Below, piece after piece: positions 31,867-47,000 of a DNA stretch of 64,000 bases. Every line of letters begins with the position of its first letter. The stretch's first letter is position 1. The notes beneath the pieces were generated by a model that was given only the letters and a program-made list of their open reading frames with translations, made no database searches and had not been told where the DNA came from. Origin of the DNA: the human T2T-CHM13v2.0 reference genome, Homo sapiens. Position numbers and translations under genes: made by a program. The stretch is from the NCBI RefSeq assembly GCF_009914755.1, contig NC_060933.1. One strand, 5' to 3'.

Positions 31867-32397
31867 AAGCCCATTCAACCATTTGTTTTGGGGTTCCAAA
31901 TAGAAAGCATCTTGAATAACGTAGATTAAATAACAGTAAATGCAAATGCAGACACCAAACATATCCTAGAGGAATCTTGGAGAACTTTAGTCTTGCTGCT
32001 TTTTATTTTTACATCTCATCAGCAGTACTGATGTTTCATCAGGATCAATGGAGAATTAACAATGGAGTTAATATTTTTTCCCTTTATTAGTTTGGGGAAA
32101 AGGTAGATCTCATAATCTGGTGTACTCCTTTTGGAAGCTTTTCATATTATCCTATCCTTTATCACAGGCTCCTCACATTCAGCATGTCCTAAACCAAATA
32201 TTTTTTCTCCTACCCATTGACTCCTCCCCCTATGATTCTCATCATTATCAATGGAATTTGACTTAGAAATCTATTCCTTTCTCTTCTCCTTCCCTATAGT
32301 CAATCATTAAATCTTGTAGATATTATCTCCTATCACTGATCATTTGATATAACTCACCAAATTTCACTAATAATAATCAAAGTGGTAATACATTTGA

Positions 32398-32720
<323 letters not shown>

Positions 32721-33189
32721 AAGAAAGATAGATTTTTAAAATGTTTCTAATAATAGAGAAAGTAAAGATGCTACGTTAGAACACATTATCTGTTCCCCTT
32801 CCCGAAACAGCGAATTATTGTTTCGGTTTGTGAAAATATCCAAATGCACAGTACATAGAAAACTGCAATGACTTCCTTTAATGTGTACTCATAGAAACTC
32901 AAGATCAGGAGTGACTTCTCCAAGACCCCACATTCGCCTGCTTCCTTTGCGCCCCTCTCAGGTGCATATTTTCTGTTTTTTTTTTTTTTTTCATAACTCT
33001 TTTCAGGCATGGTCCCTCCGTTTATATTTTCAAAGACACTTAGCCAGGTTAATATCCTGTCAGTCTTTTCACACACTAGAAGTTAGCCTGTTCATATACG
33101 GGCCAATGGATCAGAAAATCAGGGAAGAATCCAAGGAAATCAAATCACCATGTGTAGTTAATAAACTCGTATTTATTGCTTATCTATCA

Positions 33190-33330
33190 GCAGATGCTTC
33201 TAAAAACATCCATGCCCAGGCCCCACCACAGTCCCATTAAATTAGTGTCTGGGGGAAGGGCTCAGGCCTCAGTATGTCCAGAGCTCTCCTGGTGATGCCA
33301 GTGAGCAGCCAGGGCCGAGAACCACTAGCC
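33190..33330. mobile_element. MER5A-like hAT MITE
   Basis: ATGCCCAGGCCCCACC...CTCCTGGTGATGCCAGTGAGCAGCCAGGGCCGAGAACCACT. Confidence 0.65.
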
Positions 33331-34313
33331 AGGGTGTGCCTACTATTACGAAGGTGTTTTCAGAGATACACAGAAAGCACCTCAGATAAATTCTGTAAAC
33401 ATCTCTGTAATTGAAAAAAGTTATAATATGTGAGAGGGAGAACACTAATTCAACTCATTTTTTACTAACTGGACCAATTATTTTACCAAAACAAGTGTAT
33501 ATTGTAGGCTTGGTCGTAAGGTTTCTGTATTGAAAGAATGTAGAGCATCTGTGAGACGGAATGTCTTTTGGGTTTTGGTGGGTGTGGAGTCTAACCTAAC
33601 CAATATTTTGAGTAAAATGTTAGAGAATGGAGACACTGATCTTTGTTTAAATCTTATTTTCTCCATTCATTGATGTGCTGGAGATAGCAAGCCACAGCTG
33701 ATGAGGACCTAATATTGCCCTCGTGAGCACAGACCTTCTGCTGTTTTCTACAACAAAGAAAACAGTATCTCTGCATCATTGTTCAGGCTTCCAGCAGAAA
33801 AGGTGCAGGCATGAGTTCAGAGAAGCACTACTAGTGAAGCCGGGGCGCCCCACAGCGCCCCCCGACAGAGGGGTGAGATGATTTGTGGGTGCTCTACACT
33901 GCGTGACTAAAACATTTGGAGGCTCGCTATTACTTTGCCTTTCATTCCCTTGTAGGAAACTATAGATTCAAATGGGTTGGTATGGCTGGTTAATTTTAAT
34001 TTATAACTCTATGTTTATTTAAAAATTGGATAAAATTCATGCTGACTGTATTTTATTATATACAAACATATCCATGCTTACTTCCATTTATCCATACAAC
34101 AAATTCTACTCATAGTATCTATTTAACTCGTACTATTAGAAATGATGAAATAAAATTGTTACTTAAATTTTATTTAAATCTAATAAGATATATTCAGTAT
34201 TGTTTAGCTCATAATTGTATAGAAATGAATGTATACATTTATATATTTTTTCTTGAATAATCAAGAGGAAAGACATTCTCTGCTATAATATGAAGTGTCA
34301 AAGGTGATTGTTG

Positions 34314-34720
<407 letters not shown>

Positions 34721-35181
34721 GGTGATTGTTGGGGATATAAATAGTCTATTTGTTCCTATAAAAAAAAATCTTTCGTAAATCCCCTGGCATATAGGAAAGG
34801 TAGAGGAAATGCTGGTGTACCAGGCCTCATGGGTAACTCTCCCATTTCCTCAGGGTGCTCCACCGCCAAGACCCTCTCGGAGAGCCATGAGCGCAATGCT
34901 GACTCCCGTTCTGCCCTCGCTGGCCCCCGTGCCAGATCTCCATGCGGCTTCTGGTTGTTTCCATTGCTCGTTCTGATGTGGGAAGTTGCTTATTTCCAAC
35001 ATGGAGGGAAAAAAAGCCCTTATAGCCCCACTATACATTAGGCTTTAATTAGCAATTACCACCCTAATGAAAAGAATCAGCAACGCTTTTTACAATGCCC
35101 TGAGGTGTTGTTGGTGAGAATTTTTCTTTTAGACTACTACCACAAATACAACTTTTTGACTCAGAGATGTAGTGGTTTTAG

Positions 35182-35782
<601 letters not shown>

Positions 35783-36079
35783 AGAAATATAAAGTGATAC
35801 CTTGTTAAGTAATATTTCCATTATAGTTTCTGTCTGCAACTACATGAAGCCCTCTGTGCCCTTGCAGTAATGGCAACTAAATCCAGCAAACAGAGTCGCA
35901 TCTTCTATTACCACCATTTCCCCGATGGATTCTTCCAGGCAATGGAGGCACAAGTCAGCTTCATGCCTGGCTGCATATGGAAGAAAGCAATTTTCATAAA
36001 TCCTCAGCTCCATACAATGGGAAAAGCTCATTTAGTTTCTGAGGTAAATTAATATTTTTTGTCTCACACTTTTTTCTAT

Positions 36080-36420
36080 TTTCTTTTGTTTTTATAATTA
36101 TCATACAGTAAAATTGACCTTTTTGTGGTGCACATTTCTATAAATTCTAAGACATATATATAACGATCACCACAATAAGATACATTTCTATCACCCTAAA
36201 AAAATTCCCACATGCTGCCTCTTTATCAAAGCCTCCCTTATGCCACCAAGCACTGGCAATCACCGATCTATTTTCTATCCCTATAGTTTTATCTTTTGAG
36301 AATGTCATATAATGGAATCAATACAGTATGAACTTTTTGAATGACTTTGTTCACTCACCATAACACCACTGAGATTTATCCAAGGTGTTGCATGAGTCGA
36401 TAGTTTCAAGAAAATGTCTA
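36080..36420 (-). mobile_element. Ancient L1M 3' fragment
   Basis: GAATGTCATATAATGGAATCAATACAGTATG...GAGATTTATCCAAGGTGTTGCATG reverse L1M motifs. Confidence 0.7.
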
Positions 36421-36584
36421 CTATTTTCCTGCCAAGGGACAGGTTTCCTTGGGCACATCCTAGACTCAAAGAAATCATTAAAAAATTCAATATCTTATTA
36501 TCTTTATGTCAACTAGATTACCAGACAGAATTTTCTTTGTTAAAGGAATTTCTATTCTTTGTTTCTTAAAGTAACTAATTTTGG

Positions 36585-36619
<35 letters not shown>

Positions 36620-38069
36620 CTCCTGGATTTCACAGGATGAAATCTGGCTTAAATGCACTAAATCGCCTTGTGACTCCTTAGTTCTCATGACTTCTAAGAG
36701 CAAAAGACAATTTCCCTACTGCATGCAGCCAACTCTACAAATATTAAAATCTAGAACCTAATGTAGTGGAATAAATTCATATGAAAGCTACAGAATGCAC
36801 TGAACTTTCAGCTAATGTAGAGTTCAAATAAGAATTCCCTCTTTAATGTCATAATACAAAACGTTCACATCAGGTAAGTATTGATTACAAACATCTATTT
36901 TAACAATTTGGTCCCTGGAAACTACCTTACAGCATGGTTCTTGCAAATGTTACTTCAAATTAAAGTTAAATGTTAAATATTATATATATGGAGAAAGAGA
37001 GATTCTTTTTTCAGAAAAATACCCTTCAAACTAATTTTAATGCGAACACCACATTTTAACCAAAAAAATTATCTTCAGTTTTCCATTTATTTGGCATATA
37101 TGGCAGACAAAAAAACAATCAATTTATTTTTCTAAAGACAGGTATGTTATATGTGTCATGTGTATCATATGTTAAGTTGATTTTAATAAGTCTGTGTAAA
37201 GAAATTTATTGAGATAAGCATTTGGTGAGCATGTGTTTCTTCTTAACTGGTCACTTTCTGTTGGTAAGCGGGTATCTAACTGCAAACGACAACTTTACTA
37301 TGCAAGGCACCAACCTCACTTGGGAGCTTGTTTGAAATGCAGACTTCCCTACTTACACCTACGTTGACTTGGAATCTGCATTTAACATGATCATAAGGAT
37401 CTTGCACATTACAATTTGAGAAGCACTGCCCTAAAACATCTGACGAATAAAACCGGAACACTTTCACTGCAAATGTGCTATTTACATTAGCATGACTACT
37501 GTGGAAAAAAATCCACTAAGCTTGAATTTTGAACTAGTTGAAAGCAGATTGTGATAATGTAAGACTGTTTTGAGAAATGCAAGCACTAACTATCCCTTAG
37601 CAAATATAAAGATGCCACATGTGGTCTAATGTAATATTAGACCTTCCGTCTTCTCAGGAGGCAGAGCCATTATGTTCCAACCTGAGCCTCTGAGCTACCA
37701 TTACTTGTTTCTATTCTTAGCCTTCATGAATACAGGTCACTTATTGGGATTATACTATTCTAACAAAAAAAAAATGTGTTTTCCAATGGGAACTACAACA
37801 AAAATAGATGAATTTCTTAAGAAACAAATTTTTATTCCTAAACAAATATAATCATATTTGTAAGACATAAGAATAAATGAAAAAAATTAGTAATTAGGTA
37901 AAGAGTACATTTATTTTCAAATTCTGTAGTTCCCCTCAAGATACCACTATTGACGTGGTTGCAAAGCATTATTTGCAATTGTTATGTCAAAGTCGTGTTG
38001 TGTCTAAAGAAAGACTACCTGACTCTTGTTTCCAAATTGTTCCACTTATACAATTTGTGCTTTTCCTAG

Positions 38070-38602
38070 TGTCAAAGGCTTTCCAGCCAGAATGATTCCA
38101 TCTTGAGTGAAGGCTAAGAAAATAAGGCTGGGACTTGCTGGGCTGCATTCATAGAAAGTTAGGCATTCCTAGCCTCTAGATGTTTACTGCTAAGAGAACA
38201 GATTGATAATGTTTACTAAACAGGCCCAGACTTGGGATTGTCTTGATATCCTGATATCTTGAGAGCAGAAGCATTCCTAATTTTGCTTTAAAGATAATAA
38301 TATCGATCCTTGCAAAATATAAGAAAATTAATCCTTTATCACAAACCCTTGTAGCATAGCACATCTTCCCATGATCTTTATTTATCCTATATATAAACAA
38401 GCGTTGTACCTAGGGTGGACGCGTTCCTCTTCTTCCTTTTGGGAACTCCTGGCTCTGTCTATGGAGTAGCTGTTCTTTTGCCACTTTACTTTCTTAATAA
38501 ATTTGCTTTTGCTTTGCACCGTGGACTGGCCCTGAATTCTTTCTTTCACGAGATCCAAGAACCCTCTCTTGGGGTCTGTATAGGGACCCCTTTCTTGTAA
38601 CA
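38070..38602 (+). mobile_element. ERV1 solo LTR, MER41 family
   Basis: TGTCAAAGGC...TCCATCTTGA...GCTGGGCTGCATTC start; AATAAA...GAGATCCAAGAACCCTCTCTTGGGGTCTG...GTAACA end; perfect 4-bp TSD CTAG. Confidence 0.88.
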
Positions 38603-38995
38603 CTAGCAAGGAAGTCCCTTCCAGAGAGCTCTCTCTGGTTTAGCAGCACACTTATATTGGTGCAGGATGGGAACATTCCATAAAGACATATTCACATTTG
38701 TTCAAAGTCTTCTGCATCAACTACCCCCAGACTTTGATGTATTCTGCCTTTAAAATCACGCTATGTCCCAGTCACTTTTTGTTGCCTTCCCTTCCAATCC
38801 AGTTGAGGAATCCCTCCGGGAAAGTAAAATCTGTCTACTTGTGCTCTCCGTCCACCTCCTGGCATCTCCTGTCAACTATTTCCCTACTCTCTTGTTCTTT
38901 CAATAATTCCCATCCTACTGGAACTTTCTATCAACGTTTCAAATTGTTATCTAAATGTCACTTATCTGAAAACAAATAAAAATAAATCGCCTTTC

Positions 38996-39507
<512 letters not shown>

Positions 39508-42331
39508 GACCCTATTTCAATCTTTTTAGCTTTCACTGAATGTTTCTCTACCTGTCCGTGAATGAATGGTCTCCCTTTATTTTCCATTTGTCTTTCACAT
39601 ATTCCAACTTAACATTTATTTCCACAACTGACATTTATTTGATAAAGGTCCTTTGAATACATTTTAGCTCTAATATGCCTACTCTGTCTTTAATGTGTGA
39701 CAATTTCACTAATGGAAATACAATCATATGTGCCCTGTAAATCTCCCAAGTTGTCTCAATTCTCCAAAGAATTACATCATGTCTGTCCACACCCACCAAA
39801 CACAAAACTGAAAAGTGACCAGTTCAGCTTCAGGCTAGTGTTTTTTCATTCCACCAAAGCCACATTATATTTAATTAACGAAACTAATGCCTATAAAGTT
39901 AACAATAAAGGAATATAACACATATACCTGAATATACCTCTATTCAAAATTATTTTCCAAGAATGAATAAATGTTCACATTTTATTAGAGAAAATGAAAC
40001 AATCATAATATCTGAGATTTATTTCAAAACTCTTTTTTTTACTGACACATGTTCTTGTCCACAGGCCAATGGAAACAGACATGTGTAGCATTATTTAGAT
40101 GATCAACTGCATTAATTCTTCATATATTAGTCATTGACAATAGACCTACAAAGAGAGTATTTCTCATCCTTGATATAAATTACAGTTTTCATCATTGAAT
40201 TTACTTACTCAACAGTTTTTAGACACATGTGCTTGTGGACTTATATGGAATTCCTGAGGTTGAACTTGCTGTGTGATAAATCTTCTAGCTTTAAATACAG
40301 AGTCTGTTTAAACAGGGTGAGTTGTAAATTATCTGACAAGGAAATGGATTTTATGTGGAAAATGCACATTTTCTCACAGGCAGGGCCCATGAAACTCATG
40401 GTTTGAATATTTTCAGATAGCAGAGCCTTTGACAAGTAAAAGAAACAAGACTATTGTAAACACTGAGCTTATTCGAAAAGCATTTTTTAAAAATTTCCAA
40501 GCTTATCAGATTATGTCTATATAAAACTAACATTTTTGTGAATTTCCAAGTATGTATTTGGCTCATTCATTGTTTCTTTTTGTCCACAGATGTACACATT
40601 TTTATAATGATTACAACAAAATAATTTAAACCATCCAGTAGGTGAAGCATTCCCCTTTTCCCAAGACAGTTGGATAAAATTGAATCAAAATTTAATTCCA
40701 TGTCTGAAGGAAGTTTAACACCCTCCTCGGAAGTCTTGAAGCCTCCCAGGTACGACTGAGTAAAGCAGATTGCTCTCCACATTGTAGGTGGACCTCATAT
40801 CGTTCCTTGAAGGCCTGAATGGAATGAAAGTTTGAGTAATAAATAATTGTTTCTCTATGATAGTCTTTGAACAGGATATCAGTGTCCTTCTGCCTTTGGA
40901 CTCAGACTGGGACTGGAACTTACACCATCAGCTTTCCTGGTATTCAGGCCTTTGGAATTGGGGTAGACCTACATTACCAACTTCCCTGGGTCTCTAGCTT
41001 GCCAACTGCAAATTTTGGACTCCTCAGTCTCTGTAATCACATAAAGCAATTTCTTACAATAAATGTACCTATGTGTCCACATATCCATCTAAGCATCTAG
41101 TGGGTTCTGGGTTTTTTTCTTTTGGAAGGTACGTGACTAATACAGATTAGTACTGAGATTAGCGTGATTTAGTACTAACAGTGGTTCTAGAGAAACAAAA
41201 TTTTAAGAATAAATTTCTTGAATTTGTTCTGAAGTTTCCAGAATTGGCTTTCTAATCTGATTAGAATTAAAGATGCTAGTGGTTCTGTTTCCAGTGGTAA
41301 AGAAAGCACTCACAGTACCTGGCGTGATTTGGCAATAGAAATATGCAAAATATCACCCTTGGATAGTCCTAATCAACTACTTACAAAAAGCATGGATATG
41401 GATGACTGTGTATATGGTACTTTCAAACATTTCCGACAAGCTATTGAATATAACAGTTTAGGACTGATTGTTCCTAATGGTGCTGGACAAAGTATAGAAA
41501 GAGAAAGATGAGCTTAACGATTAAAATTCCCAGCTCAAATGCTACCTAAATGATCTGAAAGCTTCTATGTGTGCCCTGAAGGAGACATTTATCTCCTGTA
41601 ATTTCAGGTCTAAGATTGCTGAAAATGAAGCCCAGAAACTCATCCTGTGACTGGCTGAATTACAATGTAAGTTTGAACTCCCAGCCTTGTAGAGTATTTA
41701 TGGGGAAAGTGAGGGCATTGATTGGGAAGGAATGGAATCTGAATATTGGAGTGGGGATGTGATGTGAGGGAAGACCTGGATGAAGCTGGAAACACTGAAC
41801 CACTAAGTTCTTTTCTGCTGGAAGATGTCTCCCCAGCCCCAGGGGGAGCAGCCTCTCTACCCCCATTTGAAGAGAGTAACCTCTTAGTGACTGATGAAAT
41901 TTTAGTGGCCTCCCCTGAGGAAGCTGCCATCAAGAAAATGCTGAATATTCTCAGGAACCATGCCTACCATCTTTCTTTGCTTCTGGATCTAGAACTAGAC
42001 TCATCTCAGCGGGCCCCTAAAGGTGAGGTATAAAGTGTGGCCCATGAGGAGGTGTGCTACACTCTACAATAATTGTTTGAGTTTTTAAAATTATACAGAC
42101 AGAAACCTAGGAAACATGTGAGAATGGATATTAAGTGTGAGAGATATTGGTGGAGGAACACCAACTTACCTCAGGCTGAAATTACTTTTACTAAGCATAG
42201 ATTATACAGTTAATGTGCATCTCAGGAGTCAGAAAGGGCTCTAACACTTTCTGTGGTTGACTAAAGCTTAGACCAAAAGGTGGCCTACAGTGAGTAAGTT
42301 GGAAATGCCAGACCTGCCTTGGTTGAATGTA

Positions 42332-43206
42332 TAGATACCCCTCTAGTTACTATAAGGTTACATCCCAATAAAGCTACCATAACTTGAAAATATTGCAAGT
42401 CAAACTGCATTTAATACACTTAACCTACCAAACATCATAGCTTAGCCTATCCTACTTTAAACATGCTCAGAACACTTACTTTATTCTATAGTTGAGCAAA
42501 ATCACCTAACACAAAGCCTATTTTATAATAAAGTAATGAATAGCTGACCTAATTTATTGAATACCATACTGAAAGTGAAAAACAGAATACTTGTATGGGT
42601 ACTAACCATTAATGTACACAGCTGAAAGTGCGTGGAGCCTGAAGAAAATTTGAAACATTGAACTAAAATTAATTGCTGGCTGATGGAGAGGTTATAGTGA
42701 CAGGGTCATTGGTTTCTCTCTCTTCTGATGAAGCTTGAGAATGCAAAATGATACAATGGACTTTGGGGACTTGGGGGGAAAAGTGGGAGGGGGCAAGGGA
42801 TGAAAGACTACAAATATGGTACAGTGTACACTGCTTGGGTGATGTGTGCACCAACATCTCACGAATCACCACTAAGGAACTTACTCATGTAACCAAATAC
42901 CACCTGTACCCCCAATAACTTATGAAAAATAAGAAAAAATTAAAACATTAAAAGTATAAAAAATAAAAACCACTGGCAACACAGCACACTCACAGTACAC
43001 AGCTGAGTATTGGTCATTTACCCTTGTGATGGTGTGGGTGGCTGGGATCTGTGGCTCCCTGCAGCTGCCCAGCATTGCAACAGAGTGTCATACAGCAGAT
43101 CTAACCTGGGAAAAGATCAAGATTCAAAATTCAAAGTGTGGTTTCTACTAAATGTGCATCACTTTCACACCATTGCAACAGGAACCATCTTAAAGGGGAC
43201 CATCTG
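42332..43206 (+). mobile_element. Tigger5/MER47-type DNA transposon inserted in ERV-L gag
   Basis: GCATTTAATACACTTAACCTACCAAACATCATAGCTTAGCCTA and terminal AAGATTCAAAATTCAAAGT...GGGGACCATCTG; TA-flanked. Confidence 0.8.
42738..42970 (+). mobile_element. L1PB-type 3' tip nested in the Tigger element
   Basis: ATGATACAATGGACTTTGGGGACTTGGGGG...CACTAAGGAACTTACTCATGTAACCAAATACCACCTGTACCCC followed by an A-rich tail. Confidence 0.85.
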
Positions 43207-43624
43207 TAGAGGAAAGCATTCAAAGGCTTAGGGAGATCGGAATGTTAGAATAGATTTGCCATTTCAGATCTAACCACCCTCATTGGGAGAAAACAGAAGA
43301 TGTACTTCTTTTCACTGCTATTGTGAGAAATCAATTTGTAAGGAGAGCCTAAGTGTCTCTGAAGAGCTTTGTGATTGCCAGACCTTACAGTGGAGAATGC
43401 AGTCACTGTTTGGAAAATCTAGACAATGGGAGTAATTGGATCCCAGGATGGCAGGAGCCAAGGGGTGGTACCAAAGTGAGAGTGGGTGTGGTTCCTGTAA
43501 GGGAGGCAGACTCAAGACAGCAATCAGAATCATCTCACTTGTGCATATTTATGGTGTTGGTTAGTTGAGCATGATGGTTCTAGAGGTGAAATACTCTGGA
43601 AGACTACTAAATTCTTACTTTCTC

Positions 43625-44029
43625 TGTATACATAAGGCTGTTCTTGCATTGCTATAAAGAAATAGTTGAGACTGGGTAATTTATAAGGAAAGAAGTTTAA
43701 TTAGCTCATGGTTCTACAAGGAAGCATTAGCACTGACATCTGTTTCTGGGGAGGCCTCAGGATCATGGTGGAAGGCAAAGCAGGAGCTTCCATGTCACAT
43801 GGTGAAAGCTGGAGCAAAAGAGAGAGAGTTAGGTGCCACACTTTTAAACAGCCAGATCTCATGAGAAGGCACCCACTGTCATGAGAACAGCACCAAGGGA
43901 ATGGTGCCAAACCATTCATGAGAACTCCACCCCCATGATCCAGTCATCTTCCACCAGGCCCCACCTCCAATACTGGGGATTACAGTTCAACCTGAGATTT
44001 GGCTGGGGATATATATCCAAACTGTATCA
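43625..44029 (-). mobile_element. MaLR solo LTR (MSTA-type) inserted in ERV-L
   Basis: GTTCTTGCATTGCTATAAAGAAATA...CCAGGCCCCACCTCCAATACTGGGGATTACA...ATCCAAACTGTATCA. Confidence 0.85.
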
Positions 44030-47000
44030 CTGGGTAAGCAGAAAATTCCTAGGTCAAGTGAATATAAGTTTAACCTAGACCAGAGTCACAACTCCTCAAT
44101 CAATTCCCATAGTAGAGCCAGTTTATAGCCCCAGAACCCCCTGGAGGGGAGGCCAAGTACTCTTGAGGAAGGAGCACCATACACTGCAAAAATAATTACA
44201 CTGTTAAACTTCCTCACAACTTCCCAAAAGTAAGGTACCATTTAGCAGGGTAACTATGCAACGGGGAAAAGGAAATAATCAGACCTATTAGAAACTACTG
44301 GACACTGGCCCTGAACTGACACTAATTCCAGGAGACCTAAACCCCCTCTGTGGGTCACCAGTCAAAGTAAGGACTTATGGAGATCAGGTGATTCAGGGAG
44401 TTTTATCCCATGTCTGTCTCACAGTGGTCCCAGTGAGTCCCAAAATCCATCCTGTGGTTATTTCTTGTTTCCAGAATGCATGATTAGAATAGATATACTC
44501 AGAAGCTGGAAGAACCCCACATTGGTTCCTTAACTTGTGTAAGGGACAAGGGTTATTATGGTGAGATAGGCTAAATGGAAGCCGCTAGAACTGTCTCTGC
44601 CTTGGAAAGTAGTAAATCAAAGTTAGTACTGCATTCCTGGAGAGGTTGCAAACATTAATGCTACCATTAAGGATTTGAAATATGCAAGGGTGGTGATTCC
44701 CACCACATCCCCCATTCAATTCACCTATTTGTACTGTGCAGAAAACAAATGAATTTTGGAGAATGACAGATTACAGTAAGCTTAACTAGATAGTAACTCC
44801 AATTGCAGCTGCTGTATCAGATGTGGTTTCATTGAATAAATTAACACATCCTCTGATATGCAGCCATTGACATGACAAATGCTTTTTTTCCTCTGTATCT
44901 GTTCATAAGTCTCATTACAAGCAATTTTCTTTCAGCAGACAAGGCCAGCAATCCATCTTCGCTATCCTGCCTCACAGATATGTCAACTTTCTAGGCCGAT
45001 GTTAAAATTTAGTTGACAGGGATCTTGATTACCTTTTACTTCCACAAGATATTACTGGTCCGTTACACTGATGGCATTACTGGTAAGACATACATGTCAG
45101 GGAGTGGTTAATAAATCCAACTAAAATGCTGGGGCCTTCTACCTCAGTACAATTTCGAGAGGTCTAGTGATGTTGGGCACATCAAGATATTCCTTTTAAG
45201 GTGATGTTGCTTCTGGTCTCTCCTACAACGAAAAAAAGAGACTCAACACTCTGTGGACCTCTTTGGATTTTGGAGGCATCATACTCCTCATTTGCGTGTG
45301 TTACTCTGACCCATCTACTGAGTGACCTAGAAAACTGCTGCTTTTGAGTGGGACCCAGAATAACAGAAGGCTCTGTAGCAGTCCAGGCTGCTGTGCAAGC
45401 TTCTCTGCTGCTTGGGCCGTATGATCTAGCAGATCCAATGGTGCTTGAAGTGCCAGTGGCAGATAGGATGGTGTTTGGAGACTTTGACAAGCCCTATAAG
45501 TGAGTAACAGCACAGGGCCTTAGAATATTGGAGCAAAGTCCTGCCATCTTCTGCGAATAACTCCTCTCCTTTTGAGAAACAACTCTTGGCCTGCTACTAG
45601 ACCTTAGTAGATACAGAACTCGTAACCCTGGGCCACCAAGTTGCCATGTGATCTGAGCTGCATGTGATGAGCTGGGTGTTATCTGATTCACCAAGCTATG
45701 AAGCTAGGCATGCAGAGGAGCACTCCAGCATTTAATGGAAGTGGTATACACATGATTAGGTCTGAGCAGGCTCTGAGGCACAAGTAAGTTACATGAAAAA
45801 GTGACCCAAAAGCCCATGGTCCCCACATCTGCTACACTGACCTTTCTCTCGCAGCCTGCACTTATGGTCCCATGGGGAGCTCCCCATTATCAGTTGACTA
45901 AAGAAGAGAAGACTTGGGCCTGGATTACAGAGGGTTTTGCATAATATTCAGGAATCATCTGAAAGTGGATAGCTGCAGCACTGTAGCCCCTCTCTGGGAC
46001 ATCCCTGGACAGTGGTGAAGAGAAGTTGTCCCAGTGGACTCAACTTCAAATAGTGCACCAGGTTGTTCACTTTGCTTGGAAAGAACAAATGGCATAATGT
46101 GTAAACATAATTAGAAGATTGGTGACAAGGAAACCTGGGAAAGAGGTATGTGTGGGTGGACCTCTCTGAATGAGTGACAAAACCATGGTGATATTTGTGT
46201 CCCATGTGGATGCTCACCAAAGGATGACCTCAGCAGAGAAGAATTTTAAAAATCAAGTGGATAGGATGACCCATTCTGTGGATACCTATCAGCCTCTTTC
46301 GCCAGCCACTTCTGTCATCTCCCAGTAGACTCAGGAACAAAGTATCCATAGTGGCAGGATGGAGACTTAGCCTACATGGACTCCCACTCACCAAGGTCAA
46401 CCTGGCCATGGCCACTGTGACGGTCCAGTATGCTTGCAACGCAGACCAACTCTGAATCCTTGATATGCACCTGGGGTAATAAGCCAGCTACCTGGTGACA
46501 GATTGATTACATTGGGCCACTTTCATCATGGAAAGGGCAGTGTTTTATTCTTACTGGAACAGACACTCTGGATATAGAATTGCCTTCCCTACATGCAATG
46601 TTTCTACCCAAGCTACCATCCATGGGCTTACAGAATGCTTTAACCACAGTCATTATTTTCCATACAGCAGTGCTTCTGATCAGGGAATTCAGTTAACAGC
46701 AAAAGAAGTGCAGCAATGGGTCCATGTTCATGGAATTCATCGACTTTACTATGTTTCCTACCATCCTGAAGTAGCTGGTTTGGTAGAATGATGGAATGGC
46801 CTTTTGCAGACTCAGTTACAGTGTCAGCCAGGTGGCAGTACTGAGCTGGGGAAAGATTCCTCAGGAGTCTGCATGCTTTAAATCAGCATCGAAAATATGA
46901 TGCTGTTTCTCCAAAAGGCAGAATTCACAGGTCCAGGAATCAAGGGAAGAAAGTGGGAGTGGTCTCACTCACCGTTATTCCTAGTGACCTACTAGCAAAA

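Noticed and set aside
36588-36615. Orphan poly(A) tract as a processed-pseudogene tail
   Set aside because: No convincing TSD or upstream mRNA-like body visible.
36860-37270. Plus-strand donor-like sites (CAG|GTAAGT ~36873, CAG|GTATGT ~37142, TTG|GTAAGC ~37264)
   Set aside because: No paired strong acceptors with open frames; isolated donors are expected by chance.
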